Origin: Eledone cirrhosa
Taxonomy: Eukaryota
DNA length: 64,000 bases
Direction: 5' to 3'
Assembly: GCA_964016885.1 (NCBI GenBank)
Contig: OZ024740.1
Location: forward strand, 208,196,001-208,260,000
In this document: positions 38,047 to 52,236 of the stretch, piece after piece
Numbering within the stretch: position 1 is the first letter of the stretch
How the letters are laid out: every line of letters starts with the position of its first letter
Notes under the pieces: generated by a model
The model's database searches: none
Seen by the model: only the letters and a program-made list of their open reading frames with translations
Told to the model about the DNA's origin: nothing
Translations under genes and position numbers: made by a program

Positions 38047-38396
38047 GAAGAATAAAAAATAAATAAAAATAAACTAGGTGGGACGGAAATAAAGGGACCC
38101 TTATACGAGGCGAGAAAAAGACGACGACAAAGAAAGGGAACTGTTCCCTTTCTTTGTCGTCGTCTTTTTCTCGCCCACCCGAGGTAGCCCCTCGGTCCCT
38201 TGTCGCTTCAGCACCTCCCCCCCTCCCCTATTCTATGATAGATTTGGCTGACTCCGCTTTTTATAGCAGAGGTGCTAGACTTCGGATACTTGCCCCCTTC
38301 TCCGACCGCTGTCGCTTTTCTCCGTGCCTTCTATATTTCTTAGTGGCATTTTTGCTTTAATTTTTCGTTTAACCAGTATTTCTTTCCTCTTTTTCC

Positions 38397-38428
<32 letters not shown>

Positions 38429-38775
38429 GGGGTTCTGTATTAATTTTCCGTTCCTTACCTTTACCTCGCACGATCTTTCATGTAGCCTGTATAAGACATT
38501 TTGTTTCGTTACCCTTAGAGTTAGCACGAGTATTTTTTTGCGGGACCCTGAATTATATTCTCGTACTAGTTTACCTTCTTGCTCTGGGTGGTTGCTAGCC
38601 CCGTGATCGGGGTAGAAACCTTTATTATTTCGTGGTAGTCTCTTTAGTATTTTGCCCCCCCCCCCCCCCCCCTTTGTTGACCCGTCACCGTACGATACAC
38701 GCACTTATACCTCGTATAAGGGTCCCTTTATTTCCGTCCCACCTAGTTTATTTTTATTTATTTTTTATTCTTCAT

Positions 38776-38806
<31 letters not shown>

Positions 38807-39202
38807 TTTATTTATCTATTCTTTTATTCACTTATTTGTGTTCATTTATTTATTTATGTATTTCTTTAGCCTAGCAATAGCGAGAGACTTAAGTCTTAGT
38901 AATCAGACCTTGCTTATTTTTTCTTTTCTCTCTCTCAGTACATTTCATAGTTTTACCCTTCATTGTTCTTACTTACCGTTTCGACTTCCTCCCCCTCCCC
39001 CTCCCCAGTATCCTCTTCGACCTCACACCCAGCTGTAGCCGGCACTACCAACGCTTGAATGGGTCTACTCCACCCCCTCTCCCTTTTTCTCCTACCGGCA
39101 GGTTCAGCTACCCCTTCCCCCACCACTTTGCCATCACAGATTTACTACTAACTTGTGATGTGACCAATCCTGGTGTTTATCTCTTTGACCATATATGGAA
39201 TT

Positions 39203-39296
39203 ACCCCTTGACAAGCTCGGCTATTTAAATACCAGAATAAATTTTCATTCAGTCCAGAATTAGCCGTCGAAACGGCTTGAGCTCAGCCGTCGGGGT
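39203..39296 (+). ncRNA. Type I hammerhead, U3-A8 variant with full stem III
   Basis: acccc TTGACAA g..cggcta...tagccg.c GAAA cggct-tgagctc-agccg TC ggggt. Confidence 0.8.
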
Positions 39297-39308
39297 CTTA
39301 TTTGTTCC

Positions 39309-39363
<55 letters not shown>

Positions 39364-39445
39364 AAAGTTTTATTTAAAATTGTTGGGTTACAACAAGTAA
39401 ATATTTTATAACTGATATAAAGCACTCGACAAGTTTTGGAGTAGA

Positions 39446-40729
39446 TATACGATATTAAACAAATGGAAAACTATATTTATAAAACCATATTTATTTCATT
39501 ATACATATTTCGGGGATACCATATTAAAAATATGGCATGCCTTCTTCAGATAAAATACAATATATAAACAGTTTTAATAAATAATTTTGACGTACCATAA
39601 ATATTGAGCAACCTTTATGTAAGAAGCCGGTTTGGTAGTGAGATGTTTATAAATATTTAGTGTTAAGCACAGTTAAAAAGACAGACGGAGAAAAAGAAGA
39701 AATGTATGTAAAGAAAAACAGAGAGAAATAGAGAGAGATAGGGGAGAGAGAAATAGTGAGGAGGTGAAAAAAGAGAAGCAGCTGAAGGCAACAGATGAAT
39801 AATAATAATTCATCATACAAATTGAGAGATTTAGGAGGGAGGGAGTACTGTAATTATTTAGTTATAGTGTTAAGGACAGTTAGGGAGGAGACGGAGAGAA
39901 ATAAAAAATGAAGAGAAAAACAGAGAGAGAGAAAGATAGAGGGTGGAGGGGGGAAAAAAAAGAAAGAGGTAGACCAAATAATAATAATTATATAGGGGGA
40001 GGTGCAAATTCAAGAGAGAAATAGGAGAGAAATAAGAGAGAAACTTGAGAGGCAAAGTTAAAACAACAGATACATAGATTTCATCATATATAAAGAGGGG
40101 AGGAGAAGAAAGAGCTATATCTAGAGAGAGGGATGATAGATTTACATCTTTACGTTATGTCCTATCAATTTTGAATTATCAATTCATATGAACTGGGTAA
40201 TATAATGTAAATATCAATATTCATGAATAATAACTGAATAAATTGCTCCTTAAATTAAGGGAATTTTGGATTTTTAATATAAAGAATATCTCCTCCACAC
40301 AGAGGTCACATGTCTCAGATGAGGAATATTAAAAGGAATCCCTCTTGAGACAATATTCCAAAACATCGAATACCCAACGTTATCATGTTTAAGTTGCCAG
40401 AGTAAGCCTGATAGTGAAGTTGAAGATTTTTTGTTTGGATCTATGAAAGAATTCTGTTTTTCTTTACATACATTTCTTCTTTTTCTCCGTCCTTTCTTTT
40501 TAACTATGCTTAACACTAAATATTTATAAACATCTCACTACCAAACCGGCTTCTTACATAACGGTTGCTCAATATTTAGGGTACGTCAAAATTATTTATA
40601 AAACTGTTTATATATTGTATTTTATCTGAAGAAGGCATGCCATATTTTTAATATGGTATCCCCGAAATATGTATAATGAAATAAATATGGTTTTATAAAT
40701 ATAGTTTCCATTTGTTTAATATCGTATAT
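39446..40729 (-). mobile_element. 5'-truncated Penelope-like element with inverted pLTR
   Basis: Arms 39446-39722 / 40453-40729, each with an HHR-like core (39495-39556 -, 40620-40680 +). Minus 40450-40230 encodes NSFIDPNKKSSTSLSGLLWQLK..W.IVSRGIPF / TCDLCVEE..LN.RS, a PLE GIY-YIG C-terminus. Confidence 0.8.
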
Positions 40730-41062
40730 ATATATATAATAAGGAGTTGACGGACCCAACATATATATATAGATATATATTGGGTCATCAAGTATGAAAT
40801 TTGTAAAAAAACAAAAAAAAACAAGTTTCTACAAGTTTCATACTTGACGACCCAATATATATAGGTTTATATTTATATTAATAGCGGTATATATGAAAGC
40901 ATATACTATATGTTTATTATCGCACCCCTATTATGCTAAACGCTAATCTTGCAATATATAATAAGAGATGTCAACATGAATGGACCTGTCATTTTTATCT
41001 AAAGACATTTTTTTCCAATTCCATCCCGCCCGTCCCCTCAATCTATCTTATTTCTCATTCTT

Positions 41063-41098
41063 TCTTCTGATGAAAGACTAGCGTCCGAAACGTTAAGA
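41063..41098 (+). ncRNA. Minimal type I hammerhead ribozyme in a solo pLTR
   Basis: tctt CTGATGA aagac-tagc-gtcc GAAA cg TT aaga. Confidence 0.75.
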
Positions 41099-41182
41099 CC
41101 CTCTTCCAGCTATATCAAGCGTTAACCTAATATATCCCTTCCATATACTGTACCGATTGTGTTGTTATTTCTGTTTACCTTT

Positions 41183-41235
<53 letters not shown>

Positions 41236-41425
41236 TTCGATCTGTTTGTATATATCGATGTTGAGATATTATTGTGGCCACATACATTTGGTCGTTTTAT
41301 TCTTGATGTCATAATTTATTAACCTTTTGTGTTTATTCTGGGTGAAAATGTATTAACTTTTCACACCATTTAGTGCTTTTGACTGCCCCAAACAATTCGA
41401 TTGGTATCTGGTATACTGTGATTAC

Positions 41426-41499
<74 letters not shown>

Positions 41500-41612
41500 A
41501 TAGGGGGGGGGTATACATATATACACGTATCTAATAAACTATTGGGGCGCTGGTTAATATGTAACACTATCAAACGCGAAAATAACTGCCACAGTTGATT
41601 GGTGTAAATAAC

Positions 41613-42375
41613 AGTTTAGAAAATTGGATAAAATAACCTTATTGGCTGAAGACGGTGGTCAGCAGCCGCTACGAAGAATCGAACTCTATATACCTCGAAT
41701 TCTGACCAAGTGCTCTCACCATTAAACTAAGCGACCTCTGAGATTAGGCTCCGTCTTAATTACATGGCTTAGTGGTTAGAGCATTGGGCTTGCAATAGTA
41801 AGGTTGTGAGTTCGATTCTCGGACTGGATGATGTGTTGTGTCCTTGAGCAAGACACTTTATTTCTCGTTGCTCCAGTTTACTCAGCTGTAGAAATGAGTT
41901 ACAATCTTGCTAAATCAATAGGTGACAGTAATACCAGCTGCACGTATCGAAAGACTGGTGTAGTGGTTCTGAGAACAATTCAGCTTTGCAGATGATCAAT
42001 GCAAATTGATAATGGAAAGGCGCCCCCGTTGAGTTAGAAGAGAACTATTGACCTTCAGGAGAAACAGTGGCCCCTGATTGTATTCAGCAACCGAAACAAA
42101 TATGAAGTACACCAAATACAATTCCCCTAGGAGTGGCCCTGGTTCTTCTTTTTACGAGTGTAAACTTGGCCAGATTAGATTAGATTAGATTAATTACATA
42201 GCTATATTGAGCAGCGTTCGATGTAAACAAACTTTTTTTGAAAGATTTAATGTAAGAATCCCAACCGCAGAAACTAATTGTGACAGCAATCGGAGATACG
42301 GTGCTTGATTCTTTGTAGTGGCTGCTGACCACCTTCTTTTGTCTATAAGGCTATTTTACCCGATTTTCTAAGTTA
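41613..42375. mobile_element. Element with ~70-bp degenerate terminal inverted repeats containing a SINE
   Basis: 41613-41683 resembles the reverse complement of 42304-42375. tRNA/CORE-type SINE at 41765-41905 (tggcttagtggttagagc, gagttcgattc). Confidence 0.55.
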
Positions 42376-42453
42376 TTATTTATAGCTATTGATTGTTATT
42401 TTATTCGTTTGGGATTGTTTTAAATAATATATATATGTATATATAAATCTGTG

Positions 42454-42523
<70 letters not shown>

Positions 42524-42877
42524 CACATATGTATGTATATACGTGTGTGTGTCACTCTCTCTATATATATGCGTGTGTATGTGTGTGTCGCTCTATATAT
42601 GTGTGTGTGTGTGTGTGTATGTATATGTGTGTAAGTGTGTATGTGTGTATGCATGTGAGTGTTATGAGTTATCCATTTATTTATGTATGCATTCATTTAC
42701 AGATGAATGCTATTAAATAAAGTTCTACTTTGACTTGGCGTTCTTCAGATGTTTCAATATAAATAATCTTTTCACTTAGAATCTCTAAACAATGGTTGCA
42801 CACATATTAAACATTCATATATATATATATTAATGTATATATATATCAAACATCACCACATTTAACTCCCTTCTCCC

Positions 42878-42916
<39 letters not shown>

Positions 42917-42959
42917 AAATTCTGCACACTCATTAAACATTCATATATATTAATGTATG

Positions 42960-43030
<71 letters not shown>

Positions 43031-45639
43031 ACATCATCATCATCATGGTAGTGGTGGTATTATTTTAATAATAACTTTGTTAAATCTGTTGTTGCCAGAG
43101 ACTAAACTAAGAATAATGAAATGTGAAATATTACGAGTTAACATTCGCAATAAATGAGTTTTTTTCAATTCGTTTGTTAAGACTTTTTGTAAATAGAAAT
43201 ATTTGCAAGCGGAAAAAGTTAAGTAGTTAAGAAAAAACAATGTTGTCTCTGATCGAGACGAAGCGAAAGTGTATTTGAATACATATAAAAATGAGAAACC
43301 TCATCGCTAAAACAGCCGTTAAAACAGCCAAGTGCTGTCAAAGACAGTGATAGCAAAAATGCTTCAGCGGCTAGTGGCCAACTGAGAAACAATCCACAAG
43401 GTGGATGACAGAAACTAAAGATTTTAGAATAACATCTCCAGGTTCTCTTTTCCAACTGTTCAAATGACTGGTGTAAAGAAAGAATGACATCAAAGAGGGA
43501 ACACGTTACATACAGAACAACACTAATATTTATAAATGCAAGATTAGAAAAATAGTGTTATCCTCTTGATAGTTTGAATGTTCGTTCTAAAGATGCTAAT
43601 AGTTTTATTACCCTGATAATTGAGCATATTTATCACAAGATCTTGAATAAAAATAGCGTTACGATAAGGGTTGGATTTAGACCTTGGCGGCCCCCCGGGG
43701 AACTTCATGCTTCGGGGGCCCCTCATGCACAAATATTTAGAATATACAGCAAACCTCCCAATTTACATATCAAAGTTAGCTTGACGCAAGTAATTGGAAT
43801 TATAAAATTATACATACAGGTATTAAATTCAAAAATTCTAACCATCCTAAAATTAAAAAGCCCACCTGTGACAAATAAAATTACTACAACCGTCGCTGCT
43901 GAGGCCCTTAATTGCTGGTTACGATGTGCTACAGTTGCACCGAAACATTCGCTGCGTCCAAAACAGAAGAAACCTTTGCAGTACGAACATATAAAATACC
44001 TATGAAATTGGAACAACCATAATATCTGCCCCTCAGCAGCATTATGTTACCATGGTCACTCTAGCAGATGCCAGTGTAGCAAAAGTCTATATAGAGCTTC
44101 CTGAAATTCATTTTAAAAAGATATTTCGTAAGATATAAATACTTTCAGATAATTAGAAAGACGACTTACCGCTTAACTATCGAAATATATCTGAAGTTTA
44201 AAGTGTGATAATATTAACAATAAAATCAATTGCTCAAATAGGAACACAAAACCCCTTATATTGATTTCAGAATATACATTCTGTCTTATAAAGAAGTACG
44301 ATATTCTTTTATAGTTTCTTGACACCATCATATGTTTTCACGGGTGACTACCTGGAAATACCGTGTTCTGTGCACAGAGAAAAAAATATCAATATTTGGT
44401 GTATTTTGTAACAGTTCTTTCGGCAACCGATCATTTCACGATATGTTGTTGGCTAATCATGTCTCTATGTATGTGCAGGGGCATTTTCTTTTATAATGTT
44501 ATGCTATTTCTTCCTGGTTTAAATTATATGCACAATTGTACCCATAAATCTTGGATTTAAGAGGTTTCAGCATTTTATAATATACAGAGTTTTGATAGAT
44601 ATATTCATGTTTAATATTATATAAATAGGCGAACACTTGCGTGTGCATGTGTGAGTGTGAGAGTGTGGGTGTGTCAGTGGGTGTGTGCGTGCGTGTGCAT
44701 GTGTGTGTGCGTGTGTATGTGTGTGTGAGGGTGTATGCGCATGTGTGTGTTTGTATGCATGTGTGTGTGCATGTGTGTGTCTGTTTGTGCAAAATCTGTA
44801 CTTCAACGATTGGAATTCACCAAAGGATTCACAACTGAAGGAGATGATTATCATCGAATTTTAATGAACAACCACAACCGTACCAACCAGCAGGACAAAA
44901 CAACGTAAGCCGATTTTCATTATGAAAAAATCTTTATTGATTCTTTTGTCAGTCATAACAGATTTCATTGAATTTATAGTATTACGTGTTCCTTACAATA
45001 TATGTATTTATGTATGTATTTATGTATGTATATATCTATGCATGAATGCATTTATGTATGTATTTATGTATGTATATATCTATGCATGTATGCATTTATG
45101 TATGTATTTATGTATGCATGTATGTATTTATGTATGTATGTATGCATTTATGTATGTATGTATGCATTTATGTATGCATTTATGTATGTATTTATGTATG
45201 CATTTATAGTATGTATGTATGTTTCTCTATCCGTGTGTGTGTGTGGGCGTGTGTGTAATTATACATATATATGGAAGTATTGTCATGCATGTATATGCGC
45301 ACTATGTATGCACTTATGTATATGTCTGTGTTTGTGTAAGTGTTTGTATTTGTGTTTGAGTTTGTAAACACTTACATTTATTGTCCATATGGAATACTGG
45401 CTTTATAATATATAAAGAAATATATTTATAATATATATAGAAATATAACATATTCAATATGTCTGCCATTGCATGAATCGTGAGAATTAATGAATCAGTT
45501 TCTGTAACATTGTAAACAGGAATGGTGTGAATTCATCTTGGGATTCCAGCAGGAATTTCTGTTACGTCTGCTACAGTCACCACTATCAGGAAGGTCGTAG
45601 AGGTTTGGACTGGAAATAAAGAAGAAGATCATATATATG

Positions 45640-45674
<35 letters not shown>

Positions 45675-46064
45675 TATAAAGTATGTCCATAGAATCATTT
45701 GACAATATATATACACTATTTCCTCTCCCAATTAGCATAATTAACCACACAAAAAATTAATTAGACCAGGCTATAAGATTAAAAGGCACCTGTGAAGAAA
45801 TAGTAGATAAATAAACGACAGCAATCTCTTCGCGACCAACCGCCATAGAATATTTACCCAACATTTCAACAGCACGTGGAAATCGATTAAATATACCGTC
45901 AACCATACACAATTAGGTATAAAATTAAAGTTAGAAGAACAAATGCATATACACATACCAGGATTACGTTTCTATCCTAGAGTTTCTTTCGCTTTTGGAA
46001 ATATCCTATTAAGGATAAAATCTCGAGCTTCGAACTCATCAGGAAACAAACTCATTTGGACAAA

Positions 46065-46100
<36 letters not shown>

Positions 46101-46119
46101 TTTGTCCAAATGAGTTATA

Positions 46120-46173
<54 letters not shown>

Positions 46174-46232
46174 TGTAAATATATATGCATATATATGTAT
46201 ATATATTTGTCTACACACACGCACACACACAC

Positions 46233-46264
<32 letters not shown>

Positions 46265-46581
46265 GGGGGAGAGAGAGACAGACAGAGAGAGAGGGGGAGA
46301 GAGAGATAAACAGTGGTGTACTCATGCGCAGAGATGCTATAAAATAGCTTATAAAATAGAGTGAAGACCCTTAGAAGGAAAAAGTTGTCATTGGTCGCAC
46401 GAAGAATCGAACCTCGTATCTCCCAGAAATCGATTACATATATAAGACCCCTTCGGTCACGAATGGCCATGGGTTTTGCACCTATAAGGTTGCCCTTCGA
46501 GGCACAAGCACAGGCAAGGTGTTTTTGTGAAGACCAGCAATCGCTAATATAAATATATATCATCCTTATTGTGGATATTAG

Positions 46582-46790
46582 GGCGGTGGATTGGCAGTAT
46601 CGGTAGAGGGTCGGACGCCATGCTTTGACGCATAGAGTTACGGCCCTTGCCATTCTGAGTTCAAATCCCGCCGAGGTTAACTTTGCCTTTCATCCTTACG
46701 GGGCCGATAAAATAAAGTACTAGTAATGCACTGAAGTAATTGCTGGCCTTGTGCCAAAAGTAGAAACATTATTATTATTATTATTATTGA
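46582..46790 (+). mobile_element. Full-length tRNA-derived SINE with (ATT)n tail
   Basis: A box tggcagtatcgg, B box gagttcaaatcc. More than 12 copies in the window. Confidence 0.9.
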
Positions 46791-47199
46791 TGATAATAAT
46801 GACGGCGACGGCGATCATGATGATGGTGATATAAATACTTTCATAATGGCGGATCGGATAACAATTCCAAAATAGTGTTTATTATTTTTAACTGTGTGTG
46901 AAAGGAAGAGGAAAAATACAAGTAAATATATCAATAATAACAAATAGATGGCGCTGACAACGTTTTATTTTGGTACAACACCATAAACAAGGCGAAACAG
47001 AGAAAACAGAAGATGAAGGATTTACACTTACAATTGTTTTAATCTTACACGGTTCCATTTCGCTGGTAATCCTTAACGTTCGAGGGTTCTGTATGTGATT
47101 CCATTGTTCCAAAGTCCGATGTCGGGGTTTCACTTTGCAGCCACTGGGAAAGAATCTGTGGCAGGCCTCGTAGGTTTTACTGTATAAGATATAGAATAA

Positions 47200-47622
47200 A
47201 TAATTGTTTCTACTTTAGGCACAAGGCCAGCAATTACCAAGTGCATTACTGGTACTTTATTTTATCGACGACCCCGTAAGGATGAAAGGCAAAGTCAACC
47301 TCGGCGGGATTTGAACTCAGATCATAAAGGGACGTAACTATGCTGGAAAGCATGGCGTCCCACCCTCTACCGATACTGCCAATCCACCGCCAGATATAGA
47401 ATAAATAATGGTTATTGATTTAGGCACAGGGTCTAAATCAGAGGAAAGGGAAAGTCAATTAAATCGACCCCAGTGCATGACTGGTTCTTTATTTTATCGA
47501 CCCCGTAATGATGGAAGGCAAAGCTAACCTCGGCGGGATTTAAACTCAGAGCGTAAAGGGCCGTATCTCTATGCCACAAAGAATGTTGTCTGACGCTCTA
47601 CAGATACTGCCCATCCACCGCC
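47200..47622 (-). mobile_element. Two tandem tRNA-SINE copies
   Basis: 47200-47391 and 47410-47622, flanked by the repeated motif agatatagaataaataat (TSD-like). Confidence 0.85.
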
Positions 47623-47699
47623 ATAAGATATAGAATAAATAATACAACCTATAAAACATTAGATTCTTACTAAATATCACGTTAGCTGGTTTAATACAT

Positions 47700-47945
47700 A
47701 CCTACATGAACGAACTGAACTGGCACTCCGCTCATGGGTTGACCACGAATACCGAATTAAAGATAGCGAATTTGGTTTTTCCTCCTACCTCCCATTCTTC
47801 TGATTATAGAATGCTGAAGCTGGCACCAGCTTCAGCAATTCTTGCACTTAATTCAGTCTCCTTCCTTCCATCACTTGTTAACGCGGCCCCAAGATACTTG
47901 AACGTCTCTACCTGCTTCAGTGGAACTCCATTTACATGACTAGTT
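47700..47945 (-). pseudogene. RTE-like RT thumb fragment
   Basis: VNGVPLKQVETFKYLGAALTSDGRKETELSARIAEA. Confidence 0.75.
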
Positions 47946-48257
47946 AAAATTATTGCTGTCTGGACAGCTGTTGTGTATGTGGAATACTTTTTCTAGACCT
48001 TTTGCCAATAAGAAACAACTACTTTGCGACGCTTATCAAGTCAAAGAACTGTAGAACTGAATCAATGGTCCTTGGGATTTCAGGTGTGTGGAAATGTCCA
48101 ATAGGAATTTGTTCCGATAAGGGTAATTAGAAATTGATCTGATCTTCTTCAAGTGGTTTCATTGGCGATTTCAATTTCTAGAAATGTTATGTGTTATATG
48201 TATGTATGTACAAAATGAAATTTTGGCTTAAGGTTATTTTATATATTATATATACAA

Positions 48258-48389
<132 letters not shown>

Positions 48390-48639
48390 CAATAATCAAA
48401 GTTCAGTTTAAATCATTTATTTGCTTACAATTGTTTCCTCCAAACCGAGGTTTGGATTCTTCGGAGCAACTATTTAGTGATCTATAACATACTTGACCTC
48501 CTTTTCAACACAAGAGAATATAAAAACATATGCATATATTGACCCACAGTGGGACGACATCCATCATAATGATATAGCATGGCAATTTACATATAAAGGT
48601 ATATAAAGGTATATAAAGGTATATAAATAGTATCCTTAA

Positions 48640-48674
<35 letters not shown>

Positions 48675-48682
48675 GCAAATAA

Positions 48683-49393
<711 letters not shown>

Positions 49394-49406
49394 TGAAATA
49401 CTCAAC

Positions 49407-49448
49407 ATTTGATAAGATGAATTTTACTAATACATCGAAACCGGTAAT
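49407..49448 (+). ncRNA. Minimal hammerhead, U3-A8 variant (stem I eroded)
   Basis: at TTGATAA gatg...catc GAAA ccgg TA at. Confidence 0.55.
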
Positions 49449-49647
49449 AGCTTATATACTTTATAAAACTCTTTTTTAAAAGATTGTCCCTCATTTTTTC
49501 ACTAATTTCACTTTGACGTATCAAAGAAAGGAAAAAAAAATGGAAAACAGACCCTAAAATATATTTTCCTTGCTATTTCCAGCTTTCCCCTTTTCTCTAT
49601 AACCACTGTACTGTTTTGTATAGAACCTTACTTCCATATTCTCATAT

Positions 49648-49785
<138 letters not shown>

Positions 49786-49943
49786 ATACTTTGGGAGGGT
49801 CATGTTGCCAATAAGAAACACACGCACCAGTTGCTTTCACTTCAATTTATTATATATTTATAAATTTATAAATTTACAAATTTACAAACTTATAAATTTC
49901 TGGTTGGTTGGTTGGTTCCACAACCAGATAGTTGTTTATATAT

Positions 49944-49988
49944 AGTCATAGTCCTTTCGTCACACACTCTGTGACCTCTTCAGTGACT
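49944..49988 (-). ncRNA. Type I hammerhead ribozyme in the PLE 3' pLTR
   Basis: agtca CTGAAGA g-gtcac-agagtgt-gtgac GAAA ggac TA tgact. Confidence 0.85.
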
Positions 49989-50283
49989 GGGGATTCCTTT
50001 CTTCGTTTCTGTGCCTTTCCTTTCTTCTATCCTACGCCATTTTGTTTCTGTGTGTGTGTTGTGTGCTCAGTTTGCGCATGCGCCACATCCGGGTGTCTGT
50101 GTGTGTTTGTGTTCATTTATCTATTTGTTTATTTATTTATTTATTTATTGTTGGTTGGTTGTTTGTTCTATGTGTGTGTGTGTTTTCATTTTGTCCTGTG
50201 TGTGTTTTCATTTTGTGTGTGTTTCCATTTTGTCCTTAATTTAAGTTGTTTGTTCTATGTGTGTGTGTGTTTTCATTTTGTCC

Positions 50284-50760
50284 TTAATTGTAAGTTGTGA
50301 TGTTGCTGTTCCACTCATATTTTCTATTTAATTTTGGTTTTAATTCTTTTATGCTTACTGCCTCTGTAATTTGCCTAAACATTGCGTCTTTTCTGTGTGT
50401 GGATTCTATTTTTATTTCTATGCTCTCTAATCTACCCCTGTGTTCTATCTTAGCATGTTGGTAGAGCACAGATGATTCTTTATTATCTTGGAGGTCTCGC
50501 CAGTGTTCATTTATTCGTTCCCCTATACTACGAGCTGTCTCACCTATGTACACTATATTTTTGTTTCTACATTGTCCTTCAGTACATCTTATGCTATACA
50601 CTACATTTCTAGTTTTACAGTTAATATGGGGGCTTATTTTACAGGTTATACATTTCTTATCTATACATGAGGGTCTTTGGAACGGGTATGTCTTGCTAAT
50701 AAGTGTTTTTACGGAGGTACCAGGTCTTTCTACTATCTTAATATTAAGATAGTAGAAAGA
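50284..50760 (-). pseudogene. PLE GIY-YIG endonuclease domain, 5'-truncated
   Basis: Cys-rich linker, VVY..C..YIGETAR..R..EH, RQITEAV.I..LNRKYEW. The first ~50 codons of the called ORF are read through the inverted arm. Confidence 0.9.
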
Positions 50761-50947
50761 CCTGGTACCAACCAACCAGAAATTTATAAGTTTGTAAATT
50801 TGTAAATTTATAAATTTATAAATATATAATAAATTGAAGTGAAAGCAAGTGGTGCGTGTGTTTCTTATTGGCAACATGACCCTCCCAAAGTATAACAATA
50901 TCGGTTTCAACACACGATTTCAGATAAAGAATCTTGCTAAACAAAAT

Positions 50948-51027
<80 letters not shown>

Positions 51028-51669
51028 GAGAAAACTCAACGCTTGAACAGCAGTTAAAACAGTGTGTTGCCGCAAAGAAGTGACTGGAAGGGTAGATAAA
51101 GAAAGGCAATGTACAAGACAGCTTTGCACACACATCTTCACCCTCACCAGCTCTCAAACCAGTAAAATGGTTTCGCACGATTTATTTAACGCAAAGAAGG
51201 TCTATGTACGTTGTCCAGAGCATCAATATCGGCTCCAAATTATTAATTTGGAAACCGATTCGGTAAAGGTAACTATAGTAAGTAAAGTCAATCGTTTAAA
51301 ATTTATTTTGAAACTTTTTCATTATTTGCTAAACCTGATTATATATGTTCTGGCTCGTTAATTTATTAACCTGCCATTGAATCACATTGGCATATGGTTG
51401 GACAATACATGTGTCCCTTAGCGCTTTGTGCGTGTAGGAACACATATCCTATTATTACTATACTCCTCTATGTTGAGAAAAAATTTGGTCGCTCCGACTG
51501 CTGCTAGTGATAGTGGTGACCGTTTGACCTATCTCACTCTGCCTCTATCTTTACTTCGGCCCTTGAAAAAAATTGATTCCACTTCATTTACTCTCATCTC
51601 GGGAACAGTTTTGGATAGCGCTAGTTCGTAATTTAAATTCAAGAATTTTATATTCTTCGAATGAAAAGA

Positions 51670-51753
51670 ACCTTCTGACGAGAATCTTTCTTTGCAACGA
51701 AGGCCGTATGATCTCCGTTTATTTTTGAGATTCGAAACCGATTCGGTAAAGGT
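51670..51753 (+). ncRNA. Type I hammerhead ribozyme
   Basis: acctt CTGACGA gaatct...agattc GAAA ccg-att-cgg TA aaggt. Predicted cleavage after 51748. Confidence 0.9.
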
Positions 51754-52152
51754 AACTATAGTAAGTAAAGTCAATCTTTTAAAATTTATTTTGAAACATT
51801 TTCATTATTTGCTAAACCTGATTATATATGTTCTGGCTCGTTAATTTATTAACCTGCCATTGAACCATATTGGCATATGGTTAGACAATACATGTGTCCC
51901 TTAGCGCTTTGTGCGTGTAGGAACACATATCCTATTATTACTATACTCCTCTATGTTGAGAAAAAATGTGGTCGTTCCGACTGCTGCTAGTGATAGTGGT
52001 GGCCGTTTGACCTATCTCCCTCTGCCTCTATCTTTACTTCGGCCCTTGAAAAAAATTGATTCCACTTCATTTACTCTCATCTCGGGAACAGTTTTGGATA
52101 GCGCTAGTACGTAATTTAAATTCAAGAATTTTATATTCTTCGAATGAAAAGA

Positions 52153-52236
52153 ACCTTCTGACGAGAATCTTTCTTTGCAACGAAGGCCGTATGGTCTCCG
52201 TTTATTTTTGAGATTCGAAACCGATTCGGTAAAGGT
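52153..52236 (+). ncRNA. Type I hammerhead ribozyme (second copy)
   Basis: Same motif, predicted cleavage after 52231. Confidence 0.9.

Larger units (their letters stand above)
37413..39310. mobile_element. Large fold-back HHR element between (TA)n tracts
   Basis: Inverted arms 37497-38110 / 38710-39307 (~600 bp). Perfect 67-bp palindrome at 38109-38175. Confidence 0.9.

Noticed and set aside
41765-41830. tRNA gene
   Set aside because: A and B boxes continue into a SINE core, with no acceptor stem.
45990-46045. Minus-strand CTGATGA..GAGA hammerhead
   Set aside because: GAAA is mutated and stems I and II are not convincing.
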